DNA of 64,000 bases, taken from Planctomycetota bacterium (lineage in GTDB: Bacteria; Planctomycetota; B15-G4). Shown here in pieces: positions 49,232 through 58,106 of the stretch (the stretch's first letter is position 1; each line of letters starts with the position of its first letter). Location: NCBI GenBank assembly GCA_038212275.1, contig JBBQUR010000017.1, positions 42,232-106,231 on the forward strand. The letters are read 5' to 3'. The position numbers and the translations under genes are program-made. Below the pieces are notes generated by a model. The model did no database searches. It saw only the letters and a program-made list of their open reading frames with translations, and was not told where the DNA came from.

Positions 49232-51829
49232 CTACGGAGTGACGGCCGACAGGCCATTTGTCGCCGAGAACCCGACCGGACCTCCTGCATCGGCAATCCA
49301 GGCCTGCATCACGATCTCTGTCCCGACCGGGAGACCCGACGGCCATGGAAACGTGAGGTCGAAGCCCCCCGTTGCCGGCACGACGAACTCAATAATGAGA
49401 ACAGGTTCTGGGATCAGCGTGCCACCCTTCAGCGGCAACGCGACTTGGCTCAGCCCGACAACCAGAAAGGCGGGCGCGTTGGCCACCGCATGATTCAGCG
49501 CCAGTGACGTCACACCGCCCGCCACCAGATCGCCGCTACCAATGAAGTGTGGCTCGATGCCGCCCCTGCTTGCCAAGCCGTGTCCGAGGTCCGTCCACGG
49601 CGCACAGTTGAACTTGAGCACGAAGCCCATGTTGGCATCCCCCGTACCGAAGTCGGGCATGAAGGAGCCTGGTGTCGTCGGAAAGTCCGGGGCATGCGTG
49701 TACCCGGCCACAATGGCATCTCCAAGCTCATCCACCGCCACCACCAGCGGAAACTCGTAGAGCGTCGAACCTCCGAAGTAAGTGCAGTAAAGGAGACTCG
49801 ATCCATCGGCCGAGAGTTCGGCGAAGTACGCGCCGTCGTTTCCGCTGAGCGCAGGATCAAAGGCATCTGGAGTGACGGGCAGATTGGTGCTGAATGTTCG
49901 GCCCGCAATGAAGAGGCGCTGCTGGGCATCGACCGCGATCGAGAAGCTCTGGTCCGTCCCCGAGCCACCAAAGAACGTGCCATAATCGAGTGCTCTGCCG
50001 TCCGGTGACAGCTTCGCGATGAACGCATCGTGGTCGCCGTTGAAAGTGACGTCGAAGGCTCCCGGTGTCGTGGGAAACGTGGATCCGTCCGTATCCCCCG
50101 TGACGTAAGCAGACCCACTGGAGTCCACGGCGATGCCGTACACGATCTCGATCCCGGCACTTCCGAACGTGGACGAGTAAACGAGTGCATTCCCGTCGAA
50201 GTCGAACTTGTAAACAAACACGTGTTCGCTTGAGGTATGAAAAGCCCCTGGCGTCTTGATGTACCCGGAGCCGGCATGGCCCGTCACATAAGCGTGACCC
50301 ACTGCGTCCAGCGCGAGGCCCTTCGTGGTGCTGGCACCCGGTACGAACGTGGAATACTCGAGAGTTGAGCCGTCCGCACTCAGTCTGCCCAAGCTGCCGG
50401 CAACCCCTATCGGCGGCATGATTGACACGAACGCGTTGGGAGTCACCGGATAGTCCGAGGACCACGTCTTGCCGGCGAAGCATGCTCGCCCCTCGTCGTC
50501 TACGCCCATGCCAAGAATGGCGTCTTGCTTACTGCCGCCAATCATCGTTGAGAAGACAAGATCGGAGCCGTCGGCAGCAAGTCTGACTATGTATCCGTCA
50601 GTCAGGCCGCTAAGCACCGAATCAAAGGCGCCTTGGGTGGTCGGAAAGTTCGTCGAACCCGTCGAACCCGCGACCGTCACTTCACCGTCATTAACTACGG
50701 AAATCTGCGACGGCGCGTCCTGAGTATCGTTCCCCCCAATATAGGTCGCATAGACTATCGAATCCCCTGCCGCGGACATCTTCGCTACGAATCCATCCGG
50801 CTTGAACGATCCGATTGTCGTAGAGAAGGCTCCCGGAGTCACCGGGAAGTCGGTCCCGGACGAGGTGCCGCCGCCTAGGTAAATGTATCCGAAGGCGTCC
50901 ACAGCCGTGCAGTTGACCTCGTCTGCGCTGCTCCCGCCGATGAATGTGCCGAAGATCAGTTCAGGGTCAATCACGAGCGGGAGCGATGGCTCGCGTCCTT
51001 CCACCTCGAAGCCGAATCGCTGGGGGTCGATCAGTCGGTAGCGACACGCCACCCGGCGCTCAGCGCCGCGATTGTCCAGTTCCCACGTCGGGGGCGGGGC
51101 CTGGTGTATCGGGCCGCCCGCCGTGTCGATGCACAACGTGCCGTCGGACTGCAGGGAAAGCCCCTCGGCGCCGTCGACACGGATGACGAACGACGCAAGA
51201 TCAGCCCCCGGAGCCAGGCTCACGTCATACTCCAAATGGCCCGACTCGCCGCTAAGTTCGACGCTGACCCCCGGATACAAGTCGTCCCACCGAAGGCGAC
51301 TGTGACCGACGACGCCTTTGACCCACCGCGCCGGATCATTGCCCAGGAAGTAGCTGAATCGCGTGGCCGTGGGTTCCAAGGCACGGACGAAGGCACACGA
51401 CGCGGCGTTCTCGAAAGTCAGGGCCACGTTGGCGGCCAGAACCGGACTCATGGCACCGGATTCTCCGGTCTCCTCGCCGACACCGTACTCACTCCGCGGC
51501 GTGGCAAGCCGTGGCGCGGACTTCGCCGTGGTCAGCACCAAGCCCGCGTTGGTAATCCAACTCATGGCGTGCGGCGCGCCCACGACGAAGCGCGCCGGCT
51601 CGGGAAACTGTCCCCGATTCTCGACGAACTGCACGGGTAGCACTCCGAAGGACTTTGCATGCGGCTGCATGACGGGTTGGGTTGGTTCAACCCGAACCGT
51701 CCTCTGTTCTGCCGTGAGCGACGCTCGTTCGATACACTCGCGCTGCGTGCCGCCGTGGGCTGAAAGCAGTCGGAGCGTCAAGCACGCAGTGCCGACGACG
51801 ACCGCGAACCACTTGATGTTCATCAACAA
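49232..51829 (-). CDS. Secreted SBBP-repeat beta-propeller protein with the shared C-terminal domain
   Basis: FVENRGQ, YFLGND..W, LVIDP; repeated AVD..G..YvtG.T....FP.TPGAF...YsT..GGS; shared CTD. Confidence 0.9.
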   Translation of the reverse strand: MLMNIKWFAVVVGTACLTLRLLSAHGGTQRECIERASLTAEQRTVRVEPTQPVMQPHAKSFGVLPVQFVENRGQFPEPARFVVGAPHAMSWITNAGLVLTTAKSAPRLATPRSEYGVGEETGESGAMSPVLAANVALTFENAASCAFVRALEPTATRFSYFLGNDPARWVKGVVGHSRLRWDDLYPGVSVELSGESGHLEYDVSLAPGADLASFVIRVDGAEGLSLQSDGTLCIDTAGGPIHQAPPPTWELDNRGAERRVACRYRLIDPQRFGFEVEGREPSLPLVIDPELIFGTFIGGSSADEVNCTAVDAFGYIYLGGGTSSGTDFPVTPGAFSTTIGSFKPDGFVAKMSAAGDSIVYATYIGGNDTQDAPSQISVVNDGEVTVAGSTGSTNFPTTQGAFDSVLSGLTDGYIVRLAADGSDLVFSTMIGGSKQDAILGMGVDDEGRACFAGKTWSSDYPVTPNAFVSIMPPIGVAGSLGRLSADGSTLEYSTFVPGASTTKGLALDAVGHAYVTGHAGSGYIKTPGAFHTSSEHVFVYKFDFDGNALVYSSTFGSAGIEIVYGIAVDSSGSAYVTGDTDGSTFPTTPGAFDVTFNGDHDAFIAKLSPDGRALDYGTFFGGSGTDQSFSIAVDAQQRLFIAGRTFSTNLPVTPDAFDPALSGNDGAYFAELSADGSSLLYCTYFGGSTLYEFPLVVAVDELGDAIVAGYTHAPDFPTTPGSFMPDFGTGDANMGFVLKFNCAPWTDLGHGLASRGGIEPHFIGSGDLVAGGVTSLALNHAVANAPAFLVVGLSQVALPLKGGTLIPEPVLIIEFVVPATGGFDLTFPWPSGLPVGTEIVMQAWIADAGGPVGFSATNGLSAVTP

Positions 51830-51930
51830 CCCTCTTGGTGCCCTGGCCGCCTCGACGTGCCACCCGCTAGTCTACACCAGGCTGCGAACGCTCTTCGTCT
51901 GCGATGCGAAGGGGGCCAAACCGGCCCCAA

Positions 51931-54348
51931 TCAAGGCGTTCCGGACAGCTGGAGCCGGTGTACCCCTCCATTGCCGTCTGCAACGTAGAATGCAGGTCCG
52001 GACGTGTCAGATGGCGCAGGCGCGAGGGCCTGAGGCTGAAATGGCGTCGGTATTGTAAGCAACAGCGACATCGGGCTTGCTGCGGTGTCTAGCACTTCGA
52101 TGGAGCCATTTAGAAATGCCACATAAAGATTGCTGTCTCCTGATGGGCCATGCATGACGCCGAGCACCGACTGCCCGCTGTGTACATAGGTCTTGAGCAG
52201 CGATGGTGTCGCGCCGGGAGTGGCAGAGAACGTGGCGACTCCATTGCATCCGAATCCGGCAAACAAAGATCCCGAGCGGTAGTGAATACGCCCAACAAGC
52301 GAGTCAGTATCGGTACTTATCTGAGCCTTTCCGAGATAGCTGCAGACAACCTCTGTTCCGGTCCATTCTGCATCAATCGCGACGACACCAATGCCTGGAT
52401 ACGTCGAGTCATCACTACCGTACGTCGCCCATACTGTGAAGTTATTGCTGCCATCGGGCTCTACCCACAAACCAACCAAGCTGCCGCGCTGGCCGTCGAA
52501 GGACGAATCGCAGCGCAGCGGGACCCACGCACCGATTTCCACAGCCAGTGACGGCAAGAGGTGATTACCACCATTCTTTCCCAATCGGTAGATGCGGATC
52601 GCCCCGACGGCTTCCTTGCCTGGACACGCCCCCCTTGATGCCGCGCTGTCAGACCTGTTCAGCGCGAAGAGCCACGGGTATCCATCAGGTGTGGAGCCAG
52701 CAGGGATTGCTTGTGCTGAATAGACACGACCGTTCGTTGCTAGTGAGCCATAGCTAGTGAGCGATTGAATTATGCCGCTGCTGAACGTCGGTTCAACGAA
52801 GATGACACCATCAAAATTGGTATCAAATATCATCGCGCGATACGTGCCATCCGGACCGGTTCCCGAGTCCATGGTCGAGAGCCACACTCCACCTGTGTGC
52901 ACATAATCGGTTGGCTCCTCCAGCAGTGACGAACTTGACGTAGAGATTGAGCCATCAAATGTAGCAACGCCGGACTCGGTGCAAACAACGATGTTGTCCC
53001 CGAACACTGCAACGTCATCGGCATTTGAGATAGGAAGGTTGCCATCGGATTGGTCAAAACTTCCGACTTCCGTTAGATGCCATGACGATCCGCTTCGCGC
53101 CGCCTCGACTACGCGCAGCCCGCTCTGACGCGCGGCGACATCAATTCGAATTGTGTTGTCGTCAACAGCTCTCGCGGATACCTTCACGGGGATACCACCC
53201 AGCGGCCCCTCGCCTGATGCTGAAATGGTTGCCAAACGCGTCGCGGTGCCCGTCGCAGTATAGAGCCTAACTGAGAGCTCAGCCGTCCCGCTGTCGTCTA
53301 ATGACTGATCGTCGCAAGTGGATGGCATTGAGCATGCCCCCCACTCCTGGCGATCGGCAGGAAAGGAAGGGCCGAGCACAATCGCGAGCAAGTACTCCTG
53401 AGAAGTCGGCTCCGCCAATGCAAGGCCTTGGTAACGGCAAGCGGTGCCGCCACACAGAATCGGCCAGCCATAGCCAACAGTCTCGTTCAAGTTTCCAATA
53501 TTCAAGCGATGCACTCCTCGGGTGTTCGCTGCCACATAAGCAACGCCTCCCCCCGGATCGATGACAATGTCATGGATAAATGTCGGCACTGGCTGTGAGC
53601 TGACCTCAACACTCCATGTAGCTGCTGGGGATGATGGAATCGTCAATGGCGCGCCACTCGAAATGTCGAAGTCATACTCCTGAAGTGCATCACCACTCGA
53701 CGAACCGCCCGCACAAGCGGTGCCGACAAGGACGATGAGCTTGCCATTCTCCGTGTCCAGGGTGGATGCAAGCGAATAGACTGGTCTTCCAACGGACTTG
53801 CTTGCCATTAACTGAAGGCCGCTGTTGTTCGACAACAGCAACTCAATCGTACCCGCGGTATCAGAGGTATTTGTTCCGACGATCACGACCTCGGTGGGTC
53901 CAACAAGCTGGTGAGTAACAGCCCACGCTTCTGCGTTGCCTGTAAGGAATGCTTGCGCCCCCGGATTACCGTCCAGTGTGGGGCGGTCGAATCGCACCAG
54001 TCCGTTTCGCGACGCCGCTGCATAGACATACGATTCCGACACGTCTAGCCGGTGAACGAATCCTCCGGCGCGAAGTTGATTCTTCACTCCGCTTGGCGTC
54101 GTCGCAAGGACTGGCTCGTCGGAGGCTCCGTTGAGAACGTAGATGCCGCCGCCTGAGCTCATGAAGATCGTATCGCCGTCCGAAACGCTCGTTTGGCATC
54201 CCGCAAATGGATACGTGTGCGTTAGTGTCGTAGTCACTTGTGACTTGGCAACTGTGCCTGCGCACACCAGCATCGCCAGCATCGCCAGCACCGTCAGCCC
54301 CGTCAGCCCCGTCAGCCCCGTCAGCCCCGTCTGAATGGTCGTTCTCAT
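51931..54348 (-). CDS. Secreted beta-propeller (LVIVD-like) protein, low GC
   Basis: 805-aa ORF; YVYAAA..GL, AYVAA...GV, FYVADG.GGV repeats. Confidence 0.78.
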   Translation of the reverse strand: MRTTIQTGLTGLTGLTGLTVLAMLAMLVCAGTVAKSQVTTTLTHTYPFAGCQTSVSDGDTIFMSSGGGIYVLNGASDEPVLATTPSGVKNQLRAGGFVHRLDVSESYVYAAASRNGLVRFDRPTLDGNPGAQAFLTGNAEAWAVTHQLVGPTEVVIVGTNTSDTAGTIELLLSNNSGLQLMASKSVGRPVYSLASTLDTENGKLIVLVGTACAGGSSSGDALQEYDFDISSGAPLTIPSSPAATWSVEVSSQPVPTFIHDIVIDPGGGVAYVAANTRGVHRLNIGNLNETVGYGWPILCGGTACRYQGLALAEPTSQEYLLAIVLGPSFPADRQEWGACSMPSTCDDQSLDDSGTAELSVRLYTATGTATRLATISASGEGPLGGIPVKVSARAVDDNTIRIDVAARQSGLRVVEAARSGSSWHLTEVGSFDQSDGNLPISNADDVAVFGDNIVVCTESGVATFDGSISTSSSSLLEEPTDYVHTGGVWLSTMDSGTGPDGTYRAMIFDTNFDGVIFVEPTFSSGIIQSLTSYGSLATNGRVYSAQAIPAGSTPDGYPWLFALNRSDSAASRGACPGKEAVGAIRIYRLGKNGGNHLLPSLAVEIGAWVPLRCDSSFDGQRGSLVGLWVEPDGSNNFTVWATYGSDDSTYPGIGVVAIDAEWTGTEVVCSYLGKAQISTDTDSLVGRIHYRSGSLFAGFGCNGVATFSATPGATPSLLKTYVHSGQSVLGVMHGPSGDSNLYVAFLNGSIEVLDTAASPMSLLLTIPTPFQPQALAPAPSDTSGPAFYVADGNGGVHRLQLSGTP
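54268..54331. repeat. In-frame 9-bp tandem repeats in a signal-peptide coding region
   Basis: CAGCATCGC x2 then CCGTCAGCC x4, encoding GLTGLTGLTGLTVLAMLAML. Confidence 0.85.
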
Positions 54349-54567
54349 TCACATTTCCCCTTCTAGTCGAGTGTTTGCGAAAGCAATCCCTAACAATCCG
54401 AGTTGGACGCGATGAAGCTGAACCCCGCCCGGTTCCCATCGAAGGGACTTGCCCGGCAACCGAGCCAGCGCGGTCGCACGTCGCTCGATCAACTCGTTCA
54501 TGGCACGTTCCCCCAGCGACCAGAGGGTATCGCCGATCTGTCGTGATGTCTATGCACTCGGCCATAC

Positions 54568-54767
54568 GTCGAGTAGATCGGCCATTCGGCTTCTCCCTCG
54601 CAGATCCGGACTTGCGGCATTCCCGCATCCGGCTCGTCCCGGCGGTGTCATGAATCCAGCTACGCAGGGTCGCTAAGGTGCGCGGAGACGGAGTCTCGGG
54701 AGGGGATAGCGCGCGAGCATGGCATAGAACCGGTCCCAGGACAGGCCGTGCTTCCTGCCCCGCCGGC
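54568..54767. repeat. Copy 2 (intact) of the ~200-bp non-coding repeat, containing a near-empty IS target site
   Basis: GTCGAGTAGATC-GG-CCATTCGGCTTC matches the rejoined IS flanks (which have AG in place of GG); homology continues for ~175 bp. Confidence 0.9.
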
Positions 54768-55551
54768 GCTGGGCTTCGCAGCCAGATCCGGCGGACGTGA
54801 AGCGCGACGACTTCCCAGAGCCCGGTCGTTGCTGGGGAACCCCAACGCGCCCTGCCCGTTCCGTCGCCCCCTGTATCGTCGAGATCCCACTGTGGCGCCG
54901 GCGGACGAGCCGACCGCCACGCCTAACCACTGCCTGCGAGCGGAGTCGCGTGCGACCCATGCGCATCACCTCGTGTGCCTCGATTGGGTGCGCGGCGACT
55001 TCGATCCGGTGCGCTTCGTGTTGGCCATGGGTATATCGCGGATCGGCAGCCACACTTACTTCGTGACGCATTGGGTATAAGTCGATCAGCGCTTTTCTTG
55101 CCCACTTCGCGTTGATTTACAAGTTCTGTGTCCTTCTGTGTATTTTCCTAACTGTGCTCCCATTTCCTTCATGATCGGACGGCTTCCCCGCCGGGGTACC
55201 GATCTGGGGATCTTCGGGGAACTCGTCAGCGACCCAGGGCCGCCGGCCTGACTTTGAATTCCTGCGGCGTCAGCGCCACTCGTTCGCCGATCCGAGCCCC
55301 TTTTCGATGTTGAAAGCGGCGATGCGCCAGTCCCACCGGTTCATCGCCAGCTGCCATCCGGACCCTCGCCGTTCACCGGGTGGGCACCGATCTCGGGCTC
55401 TGTCGCGGACGATGGCTGACTTTGAAAGCTGCAATGCCTTTCTGGCACGTGAGTTAGCTAGCCCTGCACTCGCAGCGACACGGTGCACCGCGTTCCCTGC
55501 CGGGGAACTGGGAACCACCGGGGAACCGCTGGCTCGCCGGCTTGGCTCCGA

Positions 55552-55631
55552 CCGATCCGCATTTTGAATGTCGGCCTGACCTGGCGGCACGGTGGAGATG
55601 CCCCGACTCCGCCGAACCGCACTTTGAATGT
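55552..55631. repeat. 20-bp direct repeats spaced 60 bp apart
   Basis: CCGATCCGCATTTTGAATGT and CCGAACCGCACTTTGAATGT; related CTGACTTTGAA twice upstream (near 55248 and 55416). Confidence 0.65.
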
Positions 55632-55948
55632 TGAGCCATCCGCCCCACCCCGACGCCGCGGCTGAGCCAACCCGTCGCAGCACGATCCAGCGATGGTCGT
55701 TCGAATGCTGCAGGCACCTCGGCATCACGTCGCCGTCCCGCCGCCTGCCACCCAGCTGTTCCGACAGCCGCGGGCGCGTCACTCATAGACCGAACGCCAC
55801 AGCGCCCTTTCGGCGAACGAAGCTTGAACGCTCCCACTTGCTGCAGTAGCGTTTCCAGTGCTCCGAGCCATTCCAAGGGCGACCCCGTGGGTCGCCACCA
55901 TTCCAAGCCACTCCGAGCGCCGTGCAGTCACTGCACGAGGAGGTGGCC

Positions 55949-57331
55949 ATGGAAGTCTCCGAGCTCGAAGTTGCGTGGGTGCCCGTCGCGCGGGTCCATT
56001 GCAGTCCCACCAACCCGCGCCACAACGACCCCGCGGTTCCCCATGTGGCTGCGTCGCTGCGCCGCTTCGGTTGGCAGCAGCCCATCGTGGCCCGACCCTC
56101 CGGCGAGGTCATCGCCGGCAACACGCGCCTGAAGGCCGCGCAGAGCCTCGGGATGACGCAGGTACCCGTGGTCTGGTTCTCGGGGAGCGACCTCGAGGCC
56201 AAGGCCTTCGCCATCGCCGACAACCGCACGCACGAGTTCTCCGCGTGGATCGAGGCTGACCTGGCCACGATCCTGCAGGAGCTGCGTGCCGAGGACGCGC
56301 TGGAGGGCGTCGGCTACGCGACGTCCGATATCGACGCCTTGCTGGACGAGCTGCAAGCCGCGGCCGGCGGCGGCGACGCGGACCTGGACGCCATCCCCGA
56401 CCCGCCAGAGGATCCGACCACGCGCCCCGGCGACCTGTGGATCCTCGGTGAGCACCGCCTGCTGTGCGGCGACTCAAGTTCCCCCGCCGACCTCGACCGG
56501 CTGCTGGCCGGTGCACCGGTCCATCTCGTGAACACCGACCCGCCCTACAACGTGAAGGTCGAGCCGCGCTCCAACAACGCCATCGCCGCCGGCAACAGCA
56601 GCTTCACCAAGGCGCCCGCCACGCATCACCAGAAGATGGACCTGGCCCGGCACCCCGAGAAGGCCAAGCCGACGAGCCGCATGCGTGCCAAGGACCGGCC
56701 GCTGGCGAACGACTTCGTGACGGCCGAGGCATTCGACGAGCTGCTCGCCGCGTGGTTCGGAAACATCGCGCGCGTGCTGCTCCCGGGTCGGTGCTTCTAC
56801 ATCTGGGGCGGCTACGCCAACTGCGCCAACTACCCGCCCGTTCTGAAAGCCCACGAGCTGTACTTCAGCCAGTCGATCATCTGGGACAAGCAGCACCCCG
56901 TGCTCACGCGCAAGGACTTCATGGGGGCGCACGAGTGGTGCTTCTATGGCTGGAGGCTCGGCGCAGGTCATGAGTTCTTCGGGCCCAGCAACGCCACGGA
57001 CCTGTGGGCGATCAAGAAGGTCAACCCGCAGTCGATGGTGCACCTCACCGAGAAGCCGGTGGAGCTGGCCAGCAGGGCGCTGCTGTACAGCAGCCGTCGC
57101 GGCGAGCACATCCTGGACTTGTTCGGCGGCAGCGGCAGCACGCTCATCGCGGCGCACACCACCGAACGCCGTGCCTTCCTGATGGAGCTGGACGCCCCCT
57201 ATTGCGACGTGATTCTCACGCGCTGGGAGGCCCTCACGGGGAAGTCCGCCGTGCTGCAAGCCACGGGGGAGACCTTCACCAACACCGCCATCGACCGTGC
57301 CGGTCCTGCGGCACCCATCGGGGAGAACTGA
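55949..57331 (+). CDS. Phage-type ParB-N domain plus N4/N6 DNA methyltransferase (beta order)
   Basis: GAGGAGG RBS; NPR, FGWQQPIV, IAGNTRLKAA, ADN; TDPPY precedes HLTEKP and LDLFGGSGS. Confidence 0.93.
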   Translation: MEVSELEVAWVPVARVHCSPTNPRHNDPAVPHVAASLRRFGWQQPIVARPSGEVIAGNTRLKAAQSLGMTQVPVVWFSGSDLEAKAFAIADNRTHEFSAWIEADLATILQELRAEDALEGVGYATSDIDALLDELQAAAGGGDADLDAIPDPPEDPTTRPGDLWILGEHRLLCGDSSSPADLDRLLAGAPVHLVNTDPPYNVKVEPRSNNAIAAGNSSFTKAPATHHQKMDLARHPEKAKPTSRMRAKDRPLANDFVTAEAFDELLAAWFGNIARVLLPGRCFYIWGGYANCANYPPVLKAHELYFSQSIIWDKQHPVLTRKDFMGAHEWCFYGWRLGAGHEFFGPSNATDLWAIKKVNPQSMVHLTEKPVELASRALLYSSRRGEHILDLFGGSGSTLIAAHTTERRAFLMELDAPYCDVILTRWEALTGKSAVLQATGETFTNTAIDRAGPAAPIGEN

Positions 57332-57333
57332 CC

Positions 57334-57618
57334 ATGCTGTACTGGATCTGCGCAGCAGCCGCCATGCTCGGCGTCTGGATCAACATCCGCAAGCACCCGG
57401 CCTGCTACTGGATCTGGCTGTGCACCAATGCGGTCTGGACCTACTCGTGTTTCGATCACGGGATGCATGCGCAGGCCTGCCTGCACATCGCCTACATGGG
57501 TCTGTCGGTCTACGGGATTCGACAGTGGGGCCGCGGGCTGTGGAGCTGGCGTGGAATCAAGCTCAGACCGGCGCGCCCCACCGCCCCGCCGCGCCTCGCT
57601 GAGCCCTGGGACAACTGA
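57334..57618 (+). CDS. Small PnuC-like (nicotinamide riboside transporter-like) membrane protein
   Basis: Three hydrophobic segments; W...N..W and Q...Y..LSVYG..W pattern. Confidence 0.6.
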   Translation: MLYWICAAAAMLGVWINIRKHPACYWIWLCTNAVWTYSCFDHGMHAQACLHIAYMGLSVYGIRQWGRGLWSWRGIKLRPARPTAPPRLAEPWDN

Positions 57619-57620
57619 GC

Positions 57621-58106
57621 ATGGCGAGGATCCCCACCGATGCCTTCGACTGCTACTTCGCCCTCGGCGCGGGGCGCAGCTACCAGGCGGTGGCGGACAA
57701 GTTCGGCGTCACGAAACGCGCGATCACCAAGTGCGCCGCGCGCGAGGGCTGGCAGCAACGTCTCGGCGATCTCGAGCGCAAAGCCCGCGAGCGCAGCGAC
57801 GACAAAATCGTCGAGTCGCTCGACGCCATGAACCACCGCCACCTTCGCATGTGGCAGATCGTGCAGGGCCGTGCCTTGGAGACCCTGAAGTCCTTCCCCC
57901 TGAAGGACGCCATGTCGGCCGTGCGCGCACTCGACACGTCCGTGAAGGGCGAACGCATCGCCCGTGGAGAGCCGGGAGAGCGCGGCGAGGTAAGCATCGA
58001 GTCCATCGTCCGGCGCGAGTACGAGCAGTGGATGCGGCCCGCCTCCCCTGCCGGGGTGACGGGCAGCGGCACGGAGCGCGACGATGCCACGATCGCCGGG
58101 CGGTGA
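57621..58106 (+). CDS. Putative terminase small subunit (N-terminal HTH)
   Basis: AF..Y..LG..RSY..VA.K.G......W..R; overlaps the terminase large subunit start. Confidence 0.65.
   Translation: MARIPTDAFDCYFALGAGRSYQAVADKFGVTKRAITKCAAREGWQQRLGDLERKARERSDDKIVESLDAMNHRHLRMWQIVQGRALETLKSFPLKDAMSAVRALDTSVKGERIARGEPGERGEVSIESIVRREYEQWMRPASPAGVTGSGTERDDATIAGR

Noticed and set aside
54568..54767. Known riboswitch (cobalamin or c-di-GMP) as the identity of the repeat
   Set aside because: Only a GGGAA-like fragment is present on the minus strand and the other consensus elements were not found. An Rfam search is needed.
54780..55920. Several short ORFs in the gap before the methyltransferase
   Set aside because: None shows recognisable motifs or coding-like composition.
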